64,000 nt of DNA from Clostridia bacterium. Its GTDB lineage: Bacteria; Bacillota; Clostridia; Oscillospirales; CAG-272. Both the position numbers and the translations under genes were made by a program. The stretch covers positions 8,148 through 72,147 of the forward strand of contig JAFTQX010000052.1 in NCBI GenBank assembly GCA_017462545.1, read 5' to 3'. The notes below the pieces were generated by a model. It was not told where the DNA came from, made no database searches, and saw only the letters and a list, made by a program, of their open reading frames with translations. Position 1 is the first letter of the stretch, and every line of letters begins with the position of its first letter. Positions 52,233 to 61,600 of this stretch are shown one piece after another.

Positions 52233-53483
52233 TTACGGCCAAAGACCGTCAGGGATCTCGATATCATCGGGAATTTCGATGTCATCCGGAATCTCAAAGT
52301 CATCCGGAATTTCGATATCGTCGGGAATTTCGATATCATCCGGAATTTCAATGTCGTCGGGAATCTCGATATCGCCGGTGCCGGGTGTGTTTTCGTTTTC
52401 ACCGCCCGCTTCACCGTTATTGTCACTATCCGTGTTGCCGGAAAGCGTAATACCAAAGAGATCGGCGATCTGCTCGCAAACGGTCTGGTTTTTCGAGCCT
52501 TCCTCGGCGTTTTCGTAGTAGGAGGTAAGCGCATTGGAGATGGTTTCCTGTACCTCCTCGGGCATGCTGCTGACGCTGTCCATCAGGGTGGTATTTTCTT
52601 TTGCTACCTCAACCACCGATTCAATGGTGGACATGCAGCTATCCGACTTCGTCACGCAGTCCAGCATGTTGGTGATATCTTCTTCTTCCGGCTGGTAGTT
52701 TTCGCCCTCTTGGAGAATGCTGCCCATCTGGCTGTACAGCGCGTCAAAGGCGGCAGGCTCGGTCGACATGAAGAGATCCTCTTGGGTGCCGTTTTCATCC
52801 TCCTTGGACTTCATGTCCTCGATCTGGTTGAAAAGGCTTTCGGTATATGTGCCGATCAGGGTGGAAACGATCTCCTTGGCCTCCTCGTTTTCCGTATCAA
52901 AGAGAACATCCAGTGAGTTTTGGAACATGTCCTGCGTCATGGTAGCATTGGAGGAATTGTAGTTTTGGTAAATCTCACGGAAGTGATGGTCGTTTTTATT
53001 CGTGGTGCCGGTACTGCCGGTATTGCCGATCTGGCCACCGTTGTTGCCGGAGCTGCCCGTGCCGCCGGAGGGGAGGTTTTCAATCGAGCTGTTGCCGTTT
53101 CCATTGCCGGAGCCGGCAGGGGCGGGCTTGAATTCAGCCTTCAGAACCAGATTATGATGGGCAGAAAAGGAAAGGGCAGGATTGGTGCTGATGAGCGTAT
53201 GGTCGGCACCGTACCAGCCAACAAAGACGTAGCCGGCCTGCGGGGTGGCAACAAGATCAATATGCTCGCCGTTTTGGTAAATACCGCTCTCATAGTTTAA
53301 CTGACCGCCCGTCGTGACGCTAAGGTTGAGATCACATTCATGCGTGGGGTCAGCAGCGGCAGCGATGCGCTCTAAAAAGGACTCACCATCAAAGGAGATG
53401 CTTGTCACAAAAACAGCAGAGGCGATGATGACGCCTGAGAGAATGACCGAGGTGATCGAAAGAAGTGTTTTCAAGAATTTCAT
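52233..53483 (-). CDS. membrane-anchored or secreted acidic protein with one divergent InlB-B-like domain and a C-terminal DIEIPD tandem repeat
   Basis: N-terminal hydrophobic anchor (LLSITSVILSGVIIASAVFV), LVATPQAGYVFVGWYG (Flg_new_2-like), a Gly/Asn/Ser linker, an acidic helical region and then seven copies of DIEIPD. Confidence 0.65.
   Translation of the reverse strand: MKFLKTLLSITSVILSGVIIASAVFVTSISFDGESFLERIAAAADPTHECDLNLSVTTGGQLNYESGIYQNGEHIDLVATPQAGYVFVGWYGADHTLISTNPALSFSAHHNLVLKAEFKPAPAGSGNGNGNSSIENLPSGGTGSSGNNGGQIGNTGSTGTTNKNDHHFREIYQNYNSSNATMTQDMFQNSLDVLFDTENEEAKEIVSTLIGTYTESLFNQIEDMKSKEDENGTQEDLFMSTEPAAFDALYSQMGSILQEGENYQPEEEDITNMLDCVTKSDSCMSTIESVVEVAKENTTLMDSVSSMPEEVQETISNALTSYYENAEEGSKNQTVCEQIADLFGITLSGNTDSDNNGEAGGENENTPGTGDIEIPDDIEIPDDIEIPDDIEIPDDFEIPDDIEIPDDIEIPDGLWP
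52248..52373 (-). repeat. in-frame 18-bp tandem repeat, 7 copies (encodes DIEIPD, with one DFEIPD variant)
   Basis: Seven GGAATTTCGATATCATCC-type units with synonymous or near-synonymous variation, lying inside the CDS 3' end. Confidence 0.9.
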
Positions 53484-53494
53484 ACGATACTCCT

Positions 53495-54856
53495 TTACTT
53501 GGTAGTGGTTGTTTGGTTGGTAACGATGCCCATCAGACCCTGCAGGAAGAGGGTGAAGGATTCGTAGGTCGTCTCGCCTGCTTCCACAGCGTTGTTCAAA
53601 TCATCAATGGTCTTTTTAGAAACAAATTTCTGTACCTCATCGTTTTCAAGAAGAATATCGAAGATGGTGTCAGAGAATTTGTGCGTGGGGTCAGAGACAT
53701 AGAGCGCATCCATGACGCGGCCAACGTAGCCGAGGTTGGCGAGCAGCACGTTTGCCATCGCCTCGTCCCCATCTGTGCCGGTTTCAAAACTTCTTGTAAA
53801 ATCGTTAAAGAAATTGCTTTCAGCCAGTGCGCCGCCTGCTGCCAGAATGGTGTGCAGGTCGTTTTCAATTTCCAGATGGGTGGATTCACCGTAGGTCTTG
53901 GCAAAGATCTCTACAATATAAGAGGAGGTGGTTTCATGCTCTGCCTCCGGATGCAGGAAGATGCCGGGCTCACCGTTAGCGTAGGCCTTTGCCTCATGGC
54001 TCAGAATGTCAGCGATGATGCCTAACACAAACGGGTCATCCGACAGGGCGACAAAATCCTCAGCCATGGGGGCATCGGAAACAGACCACGCCTCCATGTG
54101 TACATAAATGTTGGGAACGTGGGTCAACACATTGCGGATGGTCTCGCAGGCGGAGAGCTGGTGGCCGTCGATCTCCACACGACTGCCAAGCTCTGCGGTA
54201 TGGCACATCAGTCCCTTCAGGCCAACCGCCTCATAAAAATGAACGGCAGGTGCCTGCTCGTAGGGGACGATAAATGTCTCGTCAATGATCTCCAGCTCCT
54301 CATGCAGGGCAATCTCCTCCTCGCACGGAATGCGGGCGCAGCCGGCGACGGCAGAGGCAAAGGAAAAAATATAGAAGATCGGCATCAGCAGGACGGCAGA
54401 AAGGAAGACGCCGCCAACAGCACCAACAACAGAGCTGCCGGCTGTACGGGCAATGACGATGCCCTTGGCTTCATTTTCTCGCTCCAGAGCCTTGGCAAGC
54501 AGCTTGCCCACCGTCAGAGAAAGGATCAAGCGGATGACAAAGTAGAGAACGACGAACACAATGGGGAAGAGGATAGCGGAGGAAATGGCCGTTACCGTTC
54601 CCTCAATCAGCCCGCGTAGATAGGGAGATGCCTCCAGCATGGCACCAAAGCTCGGGTCTTTTGCCAGCATTTCCTCGGTAAAAAGACCGATGGCGCTGAA
54701 CAGCCCACCGCTTTGCAGCGCGTAGCAGATCAAAAAGGCGATCGGAATGGAGATAAAACGGCAAATGTTCTTGCTGACCGTGGAAAGGGCGGCACGCAGC
54801 GCGCAGCCAATGGTAAAGACTAATAAAAAAACCAGGATTATCAGTTGGTAATTCAT
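53495..54856 (-). CDS. hypothetical polytopic membrane protein with a large acidic soluble C-terminal domain
   Basis: About 5 N-terminal TM segments followed by a ~280-aa soluble domain. It lies 11 nt upstream of the DIEIPD-repeat gene. The family is unassigned. Confidence 0.55.
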   Translation of the reverse strand: MNYQLIILVFLLVFTIGCALRAALSTVSKNICRFISIPIAFLICYALQSGGLFSAIGLFTEEMLAKDPSFGAMLEASPYLRGLIEGTVTAISSAILFPIVFVVLYFVIRLILSLTVGKLLAKALERENEAKGIVIARTAGSSVVGAVGGVFLSAVLLMPIFYIFSFASAVAGCARIPCEEEIALHEELEIIDETFIVPYEQAPAVHFYEAVGLKGLMCHTAELGSRVEIDGHQLSACETIRNVLTHVPNIYVHMEAWSVSDAPMAEDFVALSDDPFVLGIIADILSHEAKAYANGEPGIFLHPEAEHETTSSYIVEIFAKTYGESTHLEIENDLHTILAAGGALAESNFFNDFTRSFETGTDGDEAMANVLLANLGYVGRVMDALYVSDPTHKFSDTIFDILLENDEVQKFVSKKTIDDLNNAVEAGETTYESFTLFLQGLMGIVTNQTTTTK

Positions 54857-54964
54857 ACATCCTCCTGTGGACAAAAATCTTCAATTTTATTATACTACCA
54901 TTTTGATGGTTTGTAAATACTTTTTATAAATAATTTTCCTTTCCCGGCGGATGCGGATTTTTTA

Positions 54965-54993
54965 TTGACAAAAGTCAGAGAAGGGTGTACAAT
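54965..54993 (+). promoter_or_regulatory. promoter (TTGACA-17-TACAAT)
   Basis: TTGACA at 54965-54970 and TACAAT at 54988-54993. Confidence 0.65.
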
Positions 54994-55022
54994 ACAAGTA
55001 CTACTGAATCAGGAGGCCGTTT

Positions 55023-56711
55023 ATGAAAAAAGCATCAGCCCGTACCATTGGCAAGGTAGCCCTGCGCGTGTTTATTGCCGTTTTGCTTCCTTTGCTTGTG
55101 TATTATGTATATTTGCCGCCAATGAATCCGGCAAGCCGCGATTTTTGGCTGTTTCTTGTGTTTGTGTGCCTGGTGGTCGGTTTTGCCCTACGCATCTACG
55201 ATTTTCGCTCTTTGTTTCGGGTCGAGCAAACAGAAAAGGGAACAGAGCTGAAGCTCGGTGATCGCAAAAAATTCTTCCGCAAGGGGAGGGTTTCTCACGT
55301 TTTTACATGGGTCACGCTATTGCTGTTGGCGGTGATTCCGATCGGCTCGTTGATTTCCTCGCCCGTGTTCCATGCGGCAGGCTATGCCGGGGTCATCACG
55401 GTCAAGGATGAGGATTTTATGACCGATATGCCGGAGACCGATCAGATCAGCAACATTGCGCTCATGGATACCGACTCGGCCAGAATTCTCGGCTCTCGCC
55501 AGCTTGGCGAGCTGGCCGGCGTGGTTTCGCAGTATGTGGTCAGCGAGAACTATACGCAGATCAACTATCAGGGACACCCCATGAAGGTGGCCAATCTGGA
55601 GTATGACGGGTTTATCAAGTGGTTTACCAACCGCAAGGAGGGCATTCCCGGTTATATTATGGTGGATGCTGTCGGCAATACCGCTTCGTACAAGGAGCTT
55701 TCAGAGGGTATGCAATATGCTGAGAGTGCCTATTTCGGCAAGGATCTTTCCCGCGCTCTCCGGTTTGCCTATCCCACCAAGATCTTTGATAACATCAGCT
55801 TTGAGGTAGATGAGACAGGTAAGGCCTATTATATCGTTTCTTGTGCTTCGCCGCGTGTGGGCCTTTTTGGCGCGATGGATATTTCAGAGGTCATTATCTT
55901 TGACCCGGTGAGCGGCAGTGGAACGCTTTATCCGCTTTCCGAGGTGCCGAGCTGGGTGGACATCGTGTTTGACGGATATCTTGCCTGTGAGAAATACGAT
56001 TGGTACGGCACGCTTTCGGGCGGCTTTATCAACAGCGTCATCGGTAACAAGGGCTGCAAGGAAACAACCGCCGATTTCGGTTATCTCATGCTGGAGGATG
56101 ATGTGTGGTACTTCACGGGCGTGACCTCGGTCACGGCGGATGCCTCGAATATTGGTTTTATCCTCAGCTGCGCGCGCACGGGGGAATATAAGTTCTATCC
56201 CGTTATCGGCGCAGAGGAGTATTCGGCGATGGGCGCGGCAGAGGGCGAGGTGCAGGAAAAGGGATATGAGGCATCCTTCCCCGCGTTGATCAACATCGCG
56301 GGCGAGCCGACCTATATTATGGTGCTGAAGGATCAAAACGGTCTGGTTAAGCTGTATGCGCTGGTAAACGTAGAGCAGTATAGCATGGTGGCTACGGGAG
56401 AGACGCAGGCGGAGGCAAAGGCTGCCTACCTGAAGCTGCTGGCGCAAAGCGGGGTGGATATTTCCGACAGCGATTCAACCTTGGAAAAGACGGTCGTCAT
56501 TCAAGAGAAGCAATACGCACAAATGGCCGGAGCGACCTATGTGTATCTGACAGATGAGGACGGTGCCGTCTTCCGCATTGAGTTTAACGAGAAAAATGAG
56601 ACGGTGATCTTCCTTGCCGTGGGGGATACGGTGGTGCTGCGTTATACAGAGGATGCGACGACCGGCATTTACCGGGTATCGGAATTTGTTTTGCCCGAAA
56701 AGGGAGAATAA
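55023..56711 (+). CDS. hypothetical membrane protein: 3 N-terminal TM segments plus a ~450-aa extracytoplasmic domain
   Basis: AGGAGG RBS and a strong terminator. The sequence looks conserved, but I cannot name the family. Confidence 0.55.
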   Translation: MKKASARTIGKVALRVFIAVLLPLLVYYVYLPPMNPASRDFWLFLVFVCLVVGFALRIYDFRSLFRVEQTEKGTELKLGDRKKFFRKGRVSHVFTWVTLLLLAVIPIGSLISSPVFHAAGYAGVITVKDEDFMTDMPETDQISNIALMDTDSARILGSRQLGELAGVVSQYVVSENYTQINYQGHPMKVANLEYDGFIKWFTNRKEGIPGYIMVDAVGNTASYKELSEGMQYAESAYFGKDLSRALRFAYPTKIFDNISFEVDETGKAYYIVSCASPRVGLFGAMDISEVIIFDPVSGSGTLYPLSEVPSWVDIVFDGYLACEKYDWYGTLSGGFINSVIGNKGCKETTADFGYLMLEDDVWYFTGVTSVTADASNIGFILSCARTGEYKFYPVIGAEEYSAMGAAEGEVQEKGYEASFPALINIAGEPTYIMVLKDQNGLVKLYALVNVEQYSMVATGETQAEAKAAYLKLLAQSGVDISDSDSTLEKTVVIQEKQYAQMAGATYVYLTDEDGAVFRIEFNEKNETVIFLAVGDTVVLRYTEDATTGIYRVSEFVLPEKGE

Positions 56712-56750
56712 GAAAAAGCCGACACGCGCTTTGCGCGTGTCGGCTTTTTC
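56712..56750. terminator. bidirectional terminator
   Basis: AAAAAGCCGACACGCGC-TTT-GCGCGTGTCGGCTTTTT. Confidence 0.85.
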
Positions 56751-57539
56751 TTATTTGCGGAAATAGGGCGTTCCCATCAGGCCAACCTGCCGGAAGGCCT
56801 GCTGGTCGTGGCGGATGATATAATCGATGTAGGAAGCAACGATCTTTGCCGTCAACAGATAGCCGGCGGGGTTCAGATGCCCCTCCAGGTAGAACTGCTG
56901 CTTAAATTCCTCGTCATATACGGGGCCGTAGCGGCGTAGGTCGATGAGATAGGTGTTCTCAAACAGAGAGGCAAGATCACGAATGACCTGCGAAAAATTC
57001 TCCTTCTGCACGGTTCGTTCCGGTGTGCTGTCATCCTGCGGCATGGTCATCAAGAAAAACTTGGCATCCGGCTGAATTTCCTTATAACGCTGAATGATGG
57101 TGGCATAATAGCCGGCAAAGGTCTTTTTATTTTGGCGGTAGTCGGAAAGGCAAACATCCTCCACCGAGCCAAGCTCCAGCGATCTATCATTGGAATCATT
57201 GACACCCAGCGCGATGATGTAGGCATTGGCGGCCTTTTCTTTGTCCCAGCATCCGTTTTCCTCAGCCCAGCTTTCCAAATACCATTTGGCGCTCATGCCG
57301 CCGCGGGAAAAGTTGTAAACGGTCAGCCCGGCCATGCGTGCCAGATACTGTCCCCAAGAATAATCGTAATAGTCAAGATAGATCTTTTTTCCCTCGGCAT
57401 CAAAGGATTCAAATTCGCCCGAGGAGAGACTGTCGCCGATGCAGGCAATTTTCCGTAGAATGCCGCAAAATCCACCGTCGGTTACCAGATTGTCAAGCGG
57501 CTTTTCATCGGCCTTGCCGAGAAGATAGGTCATATTCAT
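56751..57539 (-). CDS. SGNH/GDSL-family hydrolase (esterase/lipase-like)
   Basis: Block I ACIGDSLSSGE (the catalytic Ser), block III ALGVND, and a C-terminal HLNPAGY resembling block V. ATG 57539 is preferred over GTG 57548. Confidence 0.8.
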   Translation of the reverse strand: MNMTYLLGKADEKPLDNLVTDGGFCGILRKIACIGDSLSSGEFESFDAEGKKIYLDYYDYSWGQYLARMAGLTVYNFSRGGMSAKWYLESWAEENGCWDKEKAANAYIIALGVNDSNDRSLELGSVEDVCLSDYRQNKKTFAGYYATIIQRYKEIQPDAKFFLMTMPQDDSTPERTVQKENFSQVIRDLASLFENTYLIDLRRYGPVYDEEFKQQFYLEGHLNPAGYLLTAKIVASYIDYIIRHDQQAFRQVGLMGTPYFRK

Positions 57540-57642
57540 GGTAGGCACCCCTTTTTGTTTTTTTCATGATATCACAAAAAAACAGACTTTTCAATAGCAT
57601 TTTTGTTTTTTTGCGCAACAGAAACAGCTTTTTGAAAAAAAC

Positions 57643-57671
57643 TTGCAATCTTGCGTTTGGTGTGCTATAAT
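57643..57671 (+). promoter_or_regulatory. promoter (TTGCAA-17-TATAAT)
   Basis: TTGCAA at 57643-57648 and TATAAT at 57666-57671. Confidence 0.65.
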
Positions 57672-57718
57672 ATTCCATATTGAATTTTGAATGGTGCCCC
57701 GGGCACAGTGAGGTGTTT

Positions 57719-58642
57719 ATGGGTGGTCTTACAGATGCTCTCTTAATTGGTCTATTGCTCCTTCTTTCTACCTTTCAATCGCTGCTTTGCCGCAAATACA
57801 GCGACCATTATCCGGGGGACCCGGCGATGTCCTCGCCTGTGTTTTCGATTGTCAGCGGATTGATCGTTGCACTGGTTACCTTTGCCTTTGCCGGCTTTTC
57901 CTTTTCGGCAAAGCCGCTTACGCTGCTCCTTGGCGGATGCAATGCTGTGGCTCTCTTCCTCTATAACACGTGTATGATCAAGGCCTCTCAAAGCGGCCCC
58001 TACTCGGTGCTCATGACCTTTATGCTGGCGGGCGGTATTGTGGTGCCTGCCGTGGTCAATTTCTTTGCCTTCCATACACCGCTTTCCGTTGTACAGATTA
58101 TATCTATTTTGGCCATTTTTTCCGCCATCTACATCATCAGCTATAAAAAGGGTGAAGAAAAGGGCAATCTCGGCTTCTATATTGCCTGTGTTGGTCTGTT
58201 CCTCTTTAACGGTGCCTACGGCATGCTGTTGGATCTACAGCAGAAGCTGACCGGCGAAGTAGAAAAGGAAGAAATGGTGATCCTCACCTATCTCGGCTCG
58301 CTGACCATTTCTGCCATCGTGCTGTTGGTTACCCGCGGTCGCTCCTTTGTGCGGGCGTTTCGACAAACAAAGCGCTCGCTGTTCTATATGCTGGCTTGCG
58401 CGGCCGTCATTTCTATGGCTATGAATCTGTTGGTCATCATCCTGCAGATCATTGAAAACTCAACGATTCTGTTTACCTTTGATAACGCGGGCGTTATGCT
58501 GCTCAGCGTGTTAATCTCGCACTTCTTCTTCAAGGAACGTCTTTCCCGTCTGAATTGGGTCGGTTGTGTGATCATGTGCCTGTCGTTGATCTGTGTTTCG
58601 GTCTTTACGGTCGATATGGTAAACAGCCTCTTTGCAAAATAA
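57719..58642 (+). CDS. polytopic membrane protein, DMT/EamA-like topology (~10 TM segments)
   Basis: A 308-aa hydrophobic protein with two similar 5-TM halves. The family call rests on topology only. Confidence 0.5.
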   Translation: MGGLTDALLIGLLLLLSTFQSLLCRKYSDHYPGDPAMSSPVFSIVSGLIVALVTFAFAGFSFSAKPLTLLLGGCNAVALFLYNTCMIKASQSGPYSVLMTFMLAGGIVVPAVVNFFAFHTPLSVVQIISILAIFSAIYIISYKKGEEKGNLGFYIACVGLFLFNGAYGMLLDLQQKLTGEVEKEEMVILTYLGSLTISAIVLLVTRGRSFVRAFRQTKRSLFYMLACAAVISMAMNLLVIILQIIENSTILFTFDNAGVMLLSVLISHFFFKERLSRLNWVGCVIMCLSLICVSVFTVDMVNSLFAK

Positions 58643-58649
58643 GGACAAT

Positions 58650-58681
58650 AAAAAACGCCTGCGAAAGCAGGCGTTTTTTGT
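58650..58681. terminator. bidirectional terminator
   Basis: AAAAAACGCCTGC-GAAA-GCAGGCGTTTTTT. Confidence 0.85.
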
Positions 58682-58687
58682 TTGTGC

Positions 58688-61600
58688 TTATTCTGCTGTG
58701 TAGTTTGCGTACATCAGGGCTGCCTGGTCGGGGGAAACACCCTCGGCGTACAGCTTGGCGTATGCGACATCACAGAAGGTGGGGGACTGCATGCCGCTGG
58801 ACTGGGCACTATCACCGCCTACATAAAGGTTGGTGGAGTAGGGGGTGTGATAGATGTCTCCGTCAAAGAGAATGGAGCCGGCCAGCTGACCGTTGATGTA
58901 GATGCACATAAAGTTGCCGGTTGCGGTGGCAATGATGTGCAGGGGGGTATCCAGCTCCACCGGAACCTCCAGCTTGACCTCAGAATAACTGGAGCCGCTG
59001 AATACGCCGGTATAGTGGTCACCCAGCGTAAAGCGGAGCGTTTGGTTCTTGAAGATGTAAGAAATACCAAATCCGCCGAATTCTACGTTAGATACCAGAC
59101 CGCAATACTCCCAGTTGATGTCAGCACGGTAGCCGTTGGTGCTGTCAATGGTAACAACCGTCTCAATGGTCAGGCTGTCCTTCATGGCGGCAAAATCGCT
59201 TGGCGTCAGGGTATAGCCGTAAGCGCTGGAGCCGTTAAAGTCGGCTGCCTTACCTGCTGCCAGGGTCGGCTGACCGTAGGTAACCATGCTGTGCCCCTTG
59301 GTGTCTTGGGCGTTGCCGGTGGTGTAGTCCACCTCAAGCAGCGTGGTCAGGTTGTCAAGCGATGCACTGCCTTTTGCTGGCGTGGTAAAGGTCAGCGTCA
59401 GCGGGTCAGAGTATTTTTCAAACTCGCTCTCTGCCACCACGCGTACGGTGTAGGACGTGCTGGGCGAAAGCCCTGCTACCGAGAAGGCAATATCCTTCGC
59501 CGCGCGAGAGCCGCGGTAATACTCCGAATAGATCTTGCTGCTGGTGACAAGCTTGTTGTTTTCATCCATCACAAAGACGTGATAGTAAACGACAGCATCA
59601 TCCGAAACCTGATCGTTGATGTGCGCCAGCGGCAGGGTAAAGGCAGCGTTGCTGGTGGTCAGCTCGTCGATTTGGATGGTAGAGGTGCCAAAGTCCGGTG
59701 CGGCGGCCGCGTTCTTACGGGCGGTGCGGGAGTAGGTGAAGTTGGAGGTGGAGCGCTGGATCGCAGGAATGTCAATCGTCCAGGTCTGACCGATCTGCTC
59801 GCCGGTGGCAAAATCATAGCGGTAGATCTTGACGACATTGGTATCCGAAATGGTCATCATCAGACCCTGCGAGGAATCGGCGTTGTGAGCAGCGTTGCTA
59901 CCCTGGAAGTTTCTGTCCGCCAACATACCGCCGGTGGTGGGCACCTGAATGCTGGTGTAATAGTCTTGGCCGATCTGGTTCGGATCCTGCGCTACATAGT
60001 GCGTATGGCCGCTGAACCAAATGATCTGCGGGTAGCCCTTCAGGAATTCAACCGTCTCAGCCGAGAGGGCGATCTGTGTGCTGCTGCTTACGTCACCGTA
60101 GCCGATGTGTGAGTAGAGAATGATCGGCGCATCGGGGTTCGCGGCGGCGGCCGCCGCTACCTGCTTGCGCAGATAAGCCTCAGCCTCCGTGCCGAATTTC
60201 AGGCTCTCGGTGCGGGCAGAAAGACCGATGAAGTAAACACCGTTCATAATGATGGTGTGGTCAACGCCCTCCTCGTCATGGAACGGGCTGAGCGTGTCCT
60301 GGAACTTGGTCAGAACATTGGCGGCGCTGACGGTAGAGCCGTCCGTGTTCTTGCGATAGAACTCGTGGTTGCCGGTAACAAAGCCAAAGCGGGTATCCTG
60401 CTCAATGTTGTTGGGGTCAGAGAAAATTTCAACAAGGGATGCAAACTCGCTGTCCTTGCCGTCGTGCGTCAGGTCACCGGAAACGATGACAATATCCGTC
60501 TTGCCGTCAAAGTACTCGTTGATCTTCTGCAGGGCGTTTGCCGTCTTTGCGTTGGCGTAGGAGTTGGCGCGTCCGACGTGGGTATCACTAATGACGGCTG
60601 CGCGGGTAACAATGTTGCCATCCGGCGTGGGAGCGGTTACGTTGCAGTAGTTGAGAGCTGCCTGACCGGCTGCGCGGATCGCTGCGATCAGATCGGCCTG
60701 CTCGGCAACGTCGGTGGTGCGTGCGGCGTAGGTCTCTACGCTGTAGGTCAGCTTTTGGCTGATTACCGTACCATCGCTCTTGCAGACCTCAAAGGTCATG
60801 TCGGTGGCAAAATCCTTGTACGGAACGGTCACAAAGGCCTTGAGGTGTGCGCCGGTGGTGTCCTCGCCGCGTGCGGTCAGTTCAATCTTGCGCTGGCCGT
60901 TATTAACAGAGATACAAAGCGCTTCATCAAGCGGGGTAGCGGTATCGACATAAAGCTTGATGGTAACCATATCGCCGGCGATCAGCGAGGCGGCGGTGAA
61001 GACGTAATCACCCTCGCCCGTGATGGCCAAACGGTCAACCGGTGCGGGCATGGTGAAGGAAAGCTCCTTATCAACGCCTGCATCTGCCGGATTGCTTGTG
61101 TTATAGTTAAAGTAGCGCTGTGCCTCGGCACCGTAGAGCAGCGTCGAGAGAGCCAGATCGCGAATGGCGTTGTCGCTGTAGGTGGCGATCAGGTTCTTCA
61201 TGTAATCGGCGGGAGAAATGCTGCCGCTTTCCAGCACGATGTCCTTTTCGATCGAGCCGTCGGGCAGCTTGACGTCTGCCGTCATCGTGTAGTCGATCTT
61301 GTCGTTCATGCAACGAGCTACAATGCCGTCCACGCTTGCCTTAACGATACCGTTTGTCACGGTAGACGCGTTGATCTGATCCTCGTTGTTGTAGGTCAGG
61401 GCAATGCTTATCGTATCAGCCAGCAGATAGGGGTGATTTTCAACGGGCAGGAAGGAGCCGCCCGTGGTGTCGGCTGTAAAGGTCATGGCCAGCGCGTCGC
61501 CAAGCGAGGCGTAAGCCTGGAAGTCGGTGACAAAGGCGGTGTCATAGGTGATGACAGGATGCATAATGTTGCCCGCACCGTTCCAAACATTGACCTTCTC

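Noticed and set aside
50836-52242. A 468-aa minus-strand ORF overlapping fucO and the end of the G1PDH-like gene.
   Set aside because: fucO on the plus strand is collinear with E. coli FucO. The minus-strand ORF also crosses an intergenic region and a terminator, and it has no motifs.
52248-52373. Regular short repeats that could be mistaken for a CRISPR array.
   Set aside because: The 18-bp units are directly adjacent with no spacers and lie in frame inside a CDS (the DIEIPD repeat). No cas genes are present in the window.
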